Shown: in pieces, positions 1 to 11,980 of the stretch
Layout of the letters: the number at the start of each line of letters is the position of its first letter
How positions within the stretch are numbered: the stretch's first letter is position 1
DNA from: Eledone cirrhosa
Taxonomy: Eukaryota
Assembly: GCA_964016885.1 (NCBI GenBank)
Contig: OZ024744.1
Span: 50,096,001-50,160,000, forward strand
DNA: 64,000 bases
Direction of reading: 5' to 3'
Made by a program: the position numbers and the translations under genes
The notes under the pieces: model-generated
Told to the model about the DNA's origin: nothing
Seen by the model: only the letters and a program-made list of their open reading frames with translations
Database searches by the model: none

Positions 1-325
<325 letters not shown>

Positions 326-413
326 GAAAAATTGAACAGGGACAGAACAGAGAGGCAGTACGACAAATGTTTATTAAATTCACGCTCAGGAGAGTGGGGG
401 GTAGGTGGGGGAC

Positions 414-476
<63 letters not shown>

Positions 477-758
477 GGAAGCAGGAAATTGGTTATTGTG
501 AACCAGTTCGTGGTTAAGAAAGCCAGTTTCATGGACTGTTTCAACGTACAGTTAGGGGTAACTCCACAAGTTTGTAAGAATTCCGTTCAATCTTGGAGTA
601 TAAAGTATAAAAGAGAAAACACAGGTAAGCATTAAGAAAAGGATTTTATCCAGGTATTTACAACCGTTTCATTGGTAAGTGCAACCTTATATTGCTACAC
701 TGCAAATAGCAGCCACTGAATGATAATTGTTGTTCACGAAACGGTGTTTTCTCTTTTA

Positions 759-832
<74 letters not shown>

Positions 833-965
833 GATATTAAACAAATGGAAACTATATTTATTTCGTTATATATATTTCAAAGCCTACTCCAAAAACTGTT
901 GAGTGCTTTTATATCAGTTATAAAATATTTACTCGTTGTAACCCAACAATTATAAATAAAACTTT

Positions 966-1062
<97 letters not shown>

Positions 1063-1912
1063 CATATACCACAGTTGCGTCATCCACATTTTTTTTTTAC
1101 TGTAGAGTTCATTGTGAGGGTCGAATGGACTTTGGCCTGTGTAAGGATGTTTTTTTTATGGCAAAAAAATCAAGGTCAATGTTGATGATTTCTTCTAAGT
1201 TAAAATACCAAGATAGATATTTTTAGAAACAATGAAAGGTCACCCGACCTTTCAAACTAATCCTAGCCATTCCTGAAAGGGACTTTCACCACAACAATCT
1301 GCCACCAAACTTATCGCCTGCCTCCTACTTCTTCTTCTCCTCTCCCCTTCGTTTTTTACCCTATCCTCCTCCTTCTCCCCAAACTACTACCAGTCAAAAC
1401 CAAACTATTAACAGAGAAAGAAGGACAGACACGATAGAGAAATGAACTCTCCTCTCTGAATATGTTGGTGAAAATTAAATAATAGTTATTATTATTATTA
1501 CTATTACTTATAATAATTATTATTACTATCATTTGTTTAAATATGCAACTTAACAATATTATGCATATCCGCAATTGACAATGCATATAATGCTGAGTTG
1601 GTGGTATCAATCACCATGACCATAAATAGTAACAACAACAATGGCAACGGCAACAAGCACCAACACCGCCCATCACCCACCCCGTTCGTCGCAGTAGTGG
1701 TGGTATCATCTATGTCAGTATTAAGCCATTGGTAACACCACCAATAACAAGAACAACAACACCAGTGATGATCACCCCATGAAGCAACGCTTCCATGAAA
1801 AATAAACTAACCATAATAGTAGTCCGTTGAAACAAGGAAGTGAAAATGGGATAGAACATAGATGGGTATTTATATATATAAACAAATACATTCCCAGTTA
1901 ATACAATCCTCT

Positions 1913-4202
1913 TGTAGTGACCTACATTTCGAGGGCTCATGGATACATTCTCCGTGCGTTGTTTGGCTCAATTCAGCCAATCACCGCCAACGTAGGAGAA
2001 TATATCTCGACTTCCACCCTGAGAGAAAAATTCCCACAGCGATTCATAAATCTCTCTCTTGCTGCGTGGACTCTGAAAGGTCAACACACAGTCATGTAAC
2101 TGTGAGAATTTCACTTTGGCCTGTCGGCTTCCTTAGGCCTTGGCACAATGCCACATTCACTTCTCAACTCTTAACAATGTTTGTTCCATACTTTGACATG
2201 TCCACTCAACTTAACTCTTTGTAATTAGTTGTAAATAAAACATGTAAAAATGTTAACGAAGACTTTACGACTAATTCCACACACATTCATTAATCTCACG
2301 TTTAACAAAACCACTACTTTCCTGTTACAACAAATACACATCATTATAATTCTTCTTGGTGATATTATTATATATTAGTTTTCTGCTAAAATGGTGACCC
2401 AGCCGTGGAAACTACATGTTCCTTTAAAATAAAAAAAATTAGCAGTATTTCAAAAAAATTTCAACACGTAGCAGCAACAAAGCCGACAACTTCGGCGCCA
2501 TCAGCAGGAGCGACAACATTGGTTAACCACTAACCATAAACAATGCATGGTGAATTCGACGCCTGCAAATCCTCACTGCTGTATAAAACTTCACTATTCA
2601 TCGATGTTTCTAACGTCCGACATGATTCGAACTCACAACAGCTTTTCTCACCACACTATGACGTCAGACGACTCTAAGCTCTTCAACATTCGACTTCGAT
2701 TCTACTGAAGATTTACTGTGACTTCGCTTCGATAGCAACAACAACAACAACAACAACAACAATTCTACTAGCTTCCTAGTAAGAGCGACAATTATCCCAA
2801 AGAAATTTCAAAGAAAAGAAAAAGTGAACTTTTTGTTAAAAAACAATTCTTTCTTTCTTTTTTTACAAGCAATGTTTGGACATTTATTTCTTTTAAACTG
2901 TATAATATGAAAATTCATTTTTTGTCTCTATCATTGTATATATGACTGCACGCACACATTTTCTTTGCTGTATTACATGCCTGCATATGCACACACATTT
3001 CTTTGTCATACACCAATATGTTGTTGTCTATAGTATATGATATTCAAGCGTAACAACCTCCATCTTGTTACTTTACCCGACTCACTGGGAAAACAACAAA
3101 TGGAACTGGACCTGTCAGCATTTCCACCATTTCTCCTATGGATTCGCCAGAATTATGGAATTACCGCTTCAACTACTACCCACTACAGATTCAACTTGCT
3201 TTTTTCTTTTCAAAGCAGCTAGTCATTTTTTCCTGGCTGCCTAGCACTTCTGGCAATTCATCTGGGAGGCCGACAATTTCTCGCCTACTCATAATCTTCT
3301 TGCCAGCTCTGCTACAACATTTACCATAACAGCTCCAGCTATACAGCTCTGGTATAACATTTACCATAACAGCTCTGTTATAACACTTACCATAACAGCT
3401 ATACAGCTCTGGTAAAGCATGAACAGCACCATCATTGACAACATATACTGGTAAACTACCATAACAGCTTCATCCACAGCGCTGGTACAACACTTACCAT
3501 AACAGCTAACATTTAATGCAAGAACAGCAACTTTTCCCATGTCAGACTTTATCCGTTTTCTGTTAGACCCCGGGTGGTCACGGATAAAGAGCAAAACAGC
3601 TAGTCATTTGACAGTGGCTCAACACGGTCCTTAGCGCCTCATTTTTCTTCTTGCATGCATTCTTTTGTTCAATTTTTTCATTGATGTGCTCCCTTTCAGC
3701 ATTTTTCCGGCTGATTCAATTTTATATATCGTCGTGCGACTAGATAGGGGGTATTGTAGTGACCTACATTCCGAGGGTTCATGGATACATTCTCCGCTCA
3801 ATTCAACCAATCGCCGCCAGCGTAGGAGAATGTATCTCGACTTCCGCCCTGAGGGGAAAATTCCCGCGGCGATTCATAAATCTCTCTCTTGCTGCTTGGA
3901 CTCTGAAAGGTCAACACACAGTCATGTAACGGTGTGAATTTCACTTTGGCCTGTCGGCCTCCTTAGTCCTTGGCACAACTCTTAACAATGTTTGTTCTTT
4001 ACTTTGACATGTCTACTCAACTTAACTCTTTGTAATTAGTTTTAAATAAAACATGTAAAGAATGTTAACGAAGACTTTACAAATAATTCCACAAACATTT
4101 ACTAATCTCACGTTTAACAAAACCACACCTTTCCTGTTACAACAAATACACATCATTATAATTCTTCTTGGTGATATTATTATATATTAATTTTCTGCTA
4201 AA
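1913..4202 (+). mobile_element. Complete non-autonomous LTR retrotransposon (TRIM/LARD-like, Gypsy-type signals)
   Basis: Direct repeats 1913-2390 and 3755-4202 both start TGTAGTG and end CTGCTAAA. PBS-like TGGTGACCC at 2392; purine tract AGATAGGGGG before the 3' LTR; 4-bp TSD CTCT at 1909-1912 and 4203-4206. No coding capacity in the 1.36-kb interior. Confidence 0.9.
3305..3510 (+). repeat. Degenerate minisatellite (ACAGCTCTGGTACAACATTTACCATA-like unit) inside the LTR element
   Basis: Several imperfect tandem copies of TTACCATAACAGCT are visible. Confidence 0.75.
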
Positions 4203-4699
4203 CTCTCTGTCATTGTAAGGCACAGGGATAGCAATAATCATAGCATTCGTTCCCAACTACAGTGGCAACAATACTATTAAAAGGGCTTTTAGGTCATGGA
4301 AGAGAGTTACGGGAAGCGAAAGTAGGGACAAGAACAAGCAGATAAGAAACGAGAACACATATAAAGAACACAATAATAAAAGAACGGGACAAAAATACAT
4401 AAAAAACAACAGTAGGTATATAAACAGAGGAATAAGGAACAAAGGACAAGAAACATGTGCACATAGAGACTCCAGTGTGCAAACAAGATATCCAAGGTTC
4501 ACCTGACGCTGGGGTTGCTGCGTGGCCATGCCCGGCCTCAACGGACAAGTTTACATCAGTCTTCAACTAGTACAACTACTTTGTTAGTCTTACAGTTTGA
4601 GGAAGGCTCCAGAAGATCTGTGGAGGCAGGTGCTGAAGAGGTAACTCCTTTTATTGATAACTTGAGCTCCCTTCTCGATTATTTCCATAATCTCGGTGA

Positions 4700-7030
4700 C
4701 ACACAAATCGCACGAGTCATGTCCAATGTCCACTCCCTCTGTAGGGTTGGGCCGAGGCTACCATGGACCACGACAAGGTGAATTCTACGTTACCCTGTTT
4801 GAGACGCCACACCAGTTCTGAGAGGGCGGTTCTGTGTTTCTTATCAACTCTCTTAAAGGTGCGGCAGTGATTGTACCAGCGTTCCTTAAATCTATTAGCT
4901 GTGGCTCTGATATAGGTGAAGGTATGGTTGTTGGTATTCACCCTACATTCATATACTAAGCCACTGCCGAGGCACCTACCCTCCAGGGGCAGTTACTGGA
5001 GTTTCTACAATTACAGCCCGGATCCCTGGATCGCGTTGTATGATTCCCCGGTTGTTCACGGTTTAAGATGTTACCAACAGAGGAAGAGGCATTTGAGTGG
5101 TGCGTCTCCTCCTGGTTGCTGTTTCCCCTGGAGTTGTGGACGTTTTTTAATCTACTGCGGTTCAAGCCTTCTATATTTTGTGCTAGGTTTCTAGTTGTAG
5201 AGTAGGACTATTTAATCGTGTACCTGTTGAAAATGACGTGGTACCGGTGTTGCTTATGGAAGCGCTTATCCAAAGCCCTGAAGAGAGAGGCCGCTATGTT
5301 GTTGTGTAAACCAGCGCAGAAGGGGAGTTAAACCAAATGACATTACGGGAACGAGTTCGCTTCTTGTTGTAGTCACCAGTCCCCGCACCCGTTCCGTCAG
5401 AGTATGTGTTACATATTCGCTGTGGACGGCTGGAAGAGCCATGCCCCCCAATTCGTCGCTGCCCGTGGGGCTGGTTAAGCCGATCGGAGCACTCCGAACT
5501 GAGTGGTCTCTGTTCATAGCGAGGGAGGTGTTTGTACCTTCCACTCTCACTCCCGGGCCCACACATGTGCCCTGCGGCTCCACCGCGTAGGCTTCCTTGT
5601 TTTCCAAAGTAGGCGAGGTCCTGTCCCTTCCTAATAAGCCATGGTTAACAGTTCCTTCAGGATTACTCAGTGGTGTTGTATCAGGGACGAGTAATTGTTT
5701 CTACTTTAGGCACAAGGCCAGCAATTACCCAGTGCATTACTGGTACTTTATTTTATCGACCCCGTAAGGATGAAAGGCAAAGTCAACCTCGGTGGGATTT
5801 GAACTCAGATCGTAAAGGGACGTAACTATGCTGGAAAACATGGCGTCCGACCTTCCACCGATACTGCCAATCCACCGCCCTCTATCAGGGACGAGTAATG
5901 AAGTCCTAGTTGTGTTTGTCCCGTCGTTGATTGCTACCGATGTGTTACTGTCAGCGGTAACGTAATTCATTAGACTGGGTATAAACTTAATTCCTTCCTT
6001 GTAACCTACATTATTAAGGGCATTATTATAATAGCTAGCTACACTATTGAAGGTTTCCTGGCTAGCTAACAGAGAAGAAATCCTACGGGATACGCTATTA
6101 ACTGTGGCCCCCCTGACTGACCCGGGATGGTTGGAGTTGGCATTTACGTACTTGAGGCACTCGTTTGGCTTGTGGTACGGATAGTAGAGGCCGCATTCTA
6201 GATTGAGGGTAAGATCTAGCAAGTTGACTACCTTTCTATTATTTTCTATGTCTATTCTGAGGCCTAGGTTTTTGAAAACTTAATTAAGATCTTTCTAGTC
6301 CTATTTATCGTGCTGTTGCTGTGGTCGAGTAGCGTAAACGATGCATCGTCGCGGTATATTCCACCGCCTAACGATGGGATCTCGCTTTTCAGGTTCCTGA
6401 GGATGTAGAGGCCCACCAGGTCAGTTACCTGCGCCGAGTCGCTCGATCCCATCGTGATGTCAAAATTGTCCGGCCACTCTCTCCTAGTCCAGAGCTCACC
6501 GTCGAAACCTATCAGTGTCTTACTGGAAGTGTCAATGATGTTAATTTCATTCCTGGTTAAATCAGTATGCCTGCGTGCAAACATAAGTGTCTTGTTAAGT
6601 ACCACCGGCGATATGGATGCATAATAATTACATATATCTAGCTGTATAAAATTTGTCCTACCTTTGCACTGCAGGCCGTTAAACCACTCAATCACTTCCC
6701 TCGTTCTGGACTATTGCTGTAATTGGATCTTTTTTCTAAGGGTTGGTATGATTCTGTCCAGTATTTTCTTGCTAATACACCCGATGTCAGACTTTGATGG
6801 TACTATAAGTCTGACTAGGAGTTCCGTTCCGAAGCTCAGTTTGTGATCCGTCAGCAAGATACGGGGTTCTTTGAGTTGGTAAGATCCGTTCATATCCGGA
6901 ATGCTGAGTTTATTCACTATTCTATTAGTCCGCTCGTTAATGTCGTCAGCTGAGGATCCGCTAAGGTGAAACAATTGTTCTCGGTATGGTGAACTAACTG
7001 TTGTGTAACTACTTCTACCTGACTCGTCCC
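4700..7030 (-). mobile_element. Decayed Penelope-like element (RT with YRDD motif plus C-terminal GIY-YIG endonuclease)
   Basis: ORF fragments DITMGSSDSAQVTDLVG, GGIYRDD, LDLTLNL..YYPYHKPN..NHP and TYIRATANRFKERWYNH. Frameshifted and interrupted by a SINE. Confidence 0.9.
5696..5880 (-). mobile_element. tRNA-derived SINE with 17-bp TSD
   Basis: A-box-like TGGCAGTATCGG and B-box GAGTTCAAATCC; central GACTTTGCCTTTCATCCTTACGGGGTCGATAAAAT. TSD TATCAGGGACGAGTAAT at 5679-5695 and 5883-5899. Resembles Octopus SINE families (from recall). Confidence 0.92.
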
Positions 7031-7367
7031 ATGGACTGAGTGCTCTACCACTACGGATATTACCTTCCAGTGTTCTACCACTATATATATATCAAAATCT
7101 TTTTCCTGAGGTCAGTCGCTTTCGTCGCTATGGTCACTGCGGTCCTTCTATCGGTCGCTGTCTTCAATTTGCAAAGCTGTCTAAACGTAATGTTTTAATT
7201 CTAGGGTTATATACCCTATAGAGTGCTTAGCTGCACACCGAAACTGCATTCGTTAGCTTGGCTGCAACCATGGCTTCGTTGATGCTGTACTAAATGTTGT
7301 ATATAGTACACAGCTAAGTATTCTATAAGTCTCTAGCTGTGTCGTTCTCGATAAAAGTATTGGATAT

Positions 7368-7410
7368 GTAATCCTGAAGATTTCTAACAAGAATGAAACG
7401 CGTAGATTAC
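7368..7410 (+). ncRNA. Minimal type I hammerhead ribozyme motif in a pLTR-like segment (7090-7535)
   Basis: GTAATC-CTGAAGA-stem II (TTC/GAA)-GAAA-CGCG (palindromic stem III)-TA-GATTAC. An outer 15-bp helix pairs 7345-7359 with 7417-7431. Confidence 0.8.
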
Positions 7411-7532
7411 TTCCCTTACTTTTATCGAGAATCTCAAATTGTAATACGTGACGTATTCTATTCTATAGCGATTGGGTCTTCAAAATGTTTATTATAAACA
7501 TACAGAATATTTTCGAATATTCTGTTTGTCTT

Positions 7533-7584
<52 letters not shown>

Positions 7585-7586
<2 letters not shown>

Positions 7587-9616
7587 AGAAGGTTATAGCT
7601 CAACTACACCACTAGAAATAGCAGACTGCCCACTTTCTACCACCTCATCAAGACCCACAAGAATAGCACTAAGACGCAAATAAGACCCATCGTCTCTAGC
7701 ATAGAAGGACTCCTATACAAAATTTCCTGGCTTCTCTCCCAGGTCCTCAAGCCTCTACTCTCCACCTTCCCCGGGCATGTCAGTAGCTCCGACGAAGTTA
7801 TACGTAGACTACACCAACTCCAGCCAGAACAACTTAAACTAAATAAATACACTTTTAGCCTCGACGTTGTCTCCCTCTACATTACTGTCCCCGCTCACCC
7901 AGCTGTCGATTTATTGACGGACTGCGTGGTCGCAGAGAACATCCACTGCTACGGCCTCCACCCGACGGACATACACCAGCTTTTGTCCTTCACAGTAGAC
8001 AACACGTACTTCACCTTCCACCACCACACATACAGACAGACAACAGGATTACCCATGGGATCCAGCCTTTCGGGCCTGCTGGCCATCACCTACATGAACC
8101 AGCTAGAATGCCGAGCCCTCAACACCTGCCATTCCCATGCCTTCTTCAGCAGATATGTAGATGACATACTCATCCTTACATCATCCCGTGAGGAGGCAGA
8201 GAAAATATACACAACATTCTCCAGCATGGACGCCAGTATAAAGTTCAGCATGGAACACCCCGATGACCGCGGATCCCTATCCCTACTGGACTTCCAACTC
8301 AGGGTAACAGAGGAAGGCAACATCCACACCTGCTTCTATAAAAAATCCGCCAGCAGGGACCTGTTCGTACATTTCAGATCGGCCCTCCCACTCGGTGCCA
8401 AGTTCGGATACATAAAGAACGAACTGGCACGTATCAAGAACAAATGCACCAACGCCAGAGACCGAGACACACACACCACACATTTCCTGGAAGTACTCAA
8501 ACTGAACGGATACACGACATCCACCACAAACCGTGCTAGAAAGAACAGAGGACACCACACCCGAGGCACTAACACTTGTTTCCTGAAGCTCCCACACTTC
8601 AGTGAAGAAACAACAACAGCCATCCACAGAGCCATCAGACGAGAGGGACTGGATATCCAACTGGCCCACTCGGGTCCTTCTCTGCGCGGACGGCTGGCCA
8701 AGAGACACTCCACCAGACATGACAACTGCTGCAGACTAGCCAACTGCCCCATCAACGACACAGACCTATGCCACCAGGCTTACGTACTATACAGACTAGA
8801 GTGTGACAAATGCAACAACTTCTACGTAGGTAGCACCACCAGACCACTCCACATAAGAATAAAAGAACACCTCAATACTAACGCTTCCTCATTTAAGAAA
8901 CACCTAGTTAAATGCAAAAACACCGATAAAAACATAACAGTTAGGATAGAAACTAAGGAAAGAAACCTCGGCAATCTTAGAATTAAGGAAGCACTTATTA
9001 TAGATAGAACACATCCACCAATCAATAATAGACTAGAGCTCAACACCCAATTTATAACCTGATAGGGCCTCTAGCCCCATTTTTACACCCCCCACACACA
9101 CGCGCACACACACACACGCTTACACCTCCACTTATTCTCTCTCACACATACACACACAAAACCAGTTCTAACACCAGATAACACCTACCCCCCCCACTTT
9201 TACGATTAGACCTATCTTTCCACACTCACACACACACACCCACATACCTACACCTTCATGCATTCTCCCACACACATATACAGGCACGTATATAAAATTT
9301 AAAAAAAAACAAAAAAACCCTAAACAATCCCCTCTTAAAGGGAGACTACTCTTTATCCACCTAATTTTAATTCTTTGATATTAGAGTTAGAACAGATACT
9401 CTATACTATTTCCGGTCAGCATGGCTTGGCTAGAGATTTAAAGACGCTGGTTTGAGACCTTTACTTCCCTCCGAAGAAGAGATATTATCTCGAAAATTAA
9501 GGACATTTAAATAAATTCAAGGTGAAAGACGAATTCTCATCAATATCTTTCACTATTGCATTCCTTTTTCTATGTCCATAACTGCATTGTTTTGGCCTTA
9601 TTACACATATTCAAAC

Positions 9617-9620
<4 letters not shown>
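7585..9620 (+). mobile_element. Young 5'-truncated Penelope-like element inserted in (TA)n
   Basis: Open RT-EN frame plus a 3' non-coding tail containing a hammerhead-like motif at 9468-9502. (TA)n flanks both sides. Confidence 0.92.
7599..9062 (+). CDS. PLE reverse transcriptase plus GIY-YIG endonuclease (5'-truncated, uninterrupted frame)
   Basis: Frame is open from 7599 (LPTFYHLIKTHK..IRPIVS..FSLDVVSLY) through GLPMGSSLS, RYVDD and YVGSTTRPLHIRIKEH to the stop. The ORF track shows only 7914-9062. Confidence 0.85.
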   Translation, partial: LNYTTRNSRLPTFYHLIKTHKNSTKTQIRPIVSSIEGLLYKISWLLSQVLKPLLSTFPGHVSSSDEVIRRLHQLQPEQLKLNKYTFSLDVVSLYITVPAHPAVDLLTDCVVAENIHCYGLHPTDIHQLLSFTVDNTYFTFHHHTYRQTTGLPMGSSLSGLLAITYMNQLECRALNTCHSHAFFSRYVDDILILTSSREEAEKIYTTFSSMDASIKFSMEHPDDRGSLSLLDFQLRVTEEGNIHTCFYKKSASRDLFVHFRSALPLGAKFGYIKNELARIKNKCTNARDRDTHTTHFLEVLKLNGYTTSTTNRARKNRGHHTRGTNTCFLKLPHFSEETTTAIHRAIRREGLDIQLAHSGPSLRGRLAKRHSTRHDNCCRLANCPINDTDLCHQAYVLYRLECDKCNNFYVGSTTRPLHIRIKEHLNTNASSFKKHLVKCKNTDKNITVRIETKERNLGNLRIKEALIIDRTHPPINNRLELNTQFIT

Positions 9621-9702
<82 letters not shown>

Positions 9703-9719
9703 TGATAAATATATATAGA

Positions 9720-9960
9720 CTAGCTGAAGTAACCGGTAATACCCGGGAGCGGGGTATTCCCAGTTTCCATTAAAATGCCCAATGCCTCTCAGACCAAAAA
9801 TGAAATGAAAATATAGGACAGATAATGAAAAACGAAGACAAATTCATTTACGAAACAATAATAGAAACAAATATTGTTGATTGCATTGGTCAGACGAAGA
9901 AATGTTTCTCAGAGAAGTTGAGTGTTGTTAAAAGTAAAAAAATAGAACCTCCATTAGGGC
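9720..9960 (-). mobile_element. Helitron-like 3' terminus
   Basis: Minus strand ends CCCGGGTATTACCGGTTACTTCAGCTAG|T: a subterminal GC hairpin followed by CTAG and T. The inner boundary is a guess. Confidence 0.6.
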
Positions 9961-10129
9961 GTCTTAATATTATTGAAATTTGCTGAAATGTTGTGAATAG
10001 GCATCTTGTCTTGTCATTTACCTATGGTTTAAATTTCATTTAAATTGAAGTGAAAACATTTTTAGCGGTGAAACCTTTGATTAAAATGAAATATACGTAA
10101 GAAATCAAATGGACATGAGCCCCACACAC

Positions 10130-10740
10130 GTGTCAAGTTTCATCAAGATCAGTTTGGTAGTTTTTTAGTTTTAGGTTCACAGGGGAGCCTGGGTAAAAGG
10201 AGATTTTCCCCCGAAAGCCGCTTCGCTTGAGGTCCTGATTGTAATAAGGCGCACGATCATCGATTATCTGCTCATTAGCGGACAAACGAGATATGCGGAG
10301 GGAGATGTTTTTAACCAGGTTTTTGGAGATGTTTCTAGGATGGTTAGAGTGGCGGTGGATGTAGTGTAGTTTGTCGTTTGGTTTCCTATATGGGTAGTAC
10401 AGATAGATCATTTTCGAGGTTGAGGGTAACGTCCAGGAAATTGGCACGGGTTAAGGACGTCTGTAGGGTGGTTTTAAATCCCCAGTCCCGGAAGAAGTTG
10501 ATTAGGTGTTTACGGACCCGGTCCGTACTACTGAGGCTGTACCCTTTGAGGGTGAGGAGCCCATCATCGCGGTACAATCCACCGCCGAATGCAGGAAACA
10601 TTTCAGTGAGTTTAAATAGTAGGAATAATCCTACAAGATCTGTGACCTCAGCCGAATCCGTCGCGCCCATACTGACGTCGAAGGGGGAGTCAGGAGCTCT
10701 CTTGATCCATTTGGAGTTGTCGAAAAGTAGGACTGTCTGA
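10130..10740 (-). mobile_element. PLE RT fragment (YRDD type)
   Basis: FDVSMGATDSAEVTDLVG, GGLYRDDGL, NFLDVTLNL and YPYRKPN..HSNHP, with a frameshift. Confidence 0.85.
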
Positions 10741-11531
10741 GGCCCTGGAAATACTCTACGCCAAAGACATCTTAAACAAAAAATCTGAGGCAATTTCGGC
10801 TTGTAAACATAAATTGCACAAAACTTTCCTGTATTACAGCCCAACATTATACCCTAACGGATACTACGAACTATACGCGGATATTTTACGTCTTGATGTG
10901 GTAGCTAAGTTTATGTTATGTTTATACCATTACTTATTTGTATAGGTAAGTATATATTACCTGTATGTTTTGTGAAGGTACGTATACTTTCTCGTACGTA
11001 TATTTGATTGTATATATTATATCGATTATATTATTTTTTCTGGTACATATGCTTTTGATTATGTGTATACGTGAGTTTTGCGTCTGTGTGAGTATGTGGG
11101 TTCAAACGTATGTAGGGTGTGTGTATATGTGTACGTCGTGTTTTGGTTGACGTAGTCTCCGAACATAAGTGTATTTACATGTAGGTATGTGTGTGCGCTT
11201 GTTATATACGTATTTATTTATTTATATACGTTTATTTAATTATGTGTATACACGCACACACACACACATATATATATATATTTCTTTTATATATATATTT
11301 TTATGTGCATTTGGTTTATACATTCGTATGCGTGCGGGTACAGGCGTTGCGTGGGTTTTTTTGTTTTTTTGTGTACGTGCGTGTATTTGTATACCTATGG
11401 CGAGTGTTTTCGCGTATGCTTGTGTATGTACGTATATGGTTGCGTGTATGTATTTATTTAATTTCATTTACTTCTGTATTTTATTTACTTTATTCTTAAC
11501 TCTGAAGCCGAGAATCATTCGGTTTCCTAGT

Positions 11532-11810
11532 TAGAATTTTAGTCTACGACTTCAGTTATACAATTTGCGTGGTTTTGTCTTTGCGTGCAATTGTTCTCTC
11601 CGCTCCACATATGACGTATTATCTTCGTTTTTTCCATTCATTGCCAGAGAACGTCTCTATGAACCACCTAATAGAATATTAGTCTACGACTTCTTTTATA
11701 CCATAAACGTGGTTTTGTCTTTGCGTGTAATTGTTTTTCACCGCTCCAAATAATGACGTATTATATTCGTTTTTTCCCGTTCTTTGCCAGGGAACGTTTC
11801 CACGAACCAG
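11532..11810 (+). repeat. Two tandem copies of an approx. 140-bp unit in a pLTR-like AT-rich segment
   Basis: AGTCTACGACTTC...CGTGGTTTTGTCTTTGCGTG...TGACGTATTAT is repeated at about 11541 and 11681. Confidence 0.75.
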
Positions 11811-11949
11811 AGTATCGTCTTCCTGTCTTCCTCCGGTTGCAACGTTCTTTGAAATATTCACTTCTGCGTTCACAGATTGACTTTGTTAGTTTCAGAAGAT
11901 CCCGTTAAGGGTGAAAGCAGCGATTCTTTGCTTAAACTTTAATATGTTA

Positions 11950-11977
<28 letters not shown>

Positions 11978-11980
<3 letters not shown>

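Noticed and set aside
3305-3510. CRISPR-like repeat array
   Set aside because: Degenerate tandem units without unique spacers, in a eukaryotic context with no cas genes.
11885-11930. Hammerhead-like CAGAAGA-TCCC/GGGT-GAAA (similar remnants near 716-745, 23038-23085, 40690-40725 and 49499-49540)
   Set aside because: The core or stems I/III are broken; too degenerate to call.
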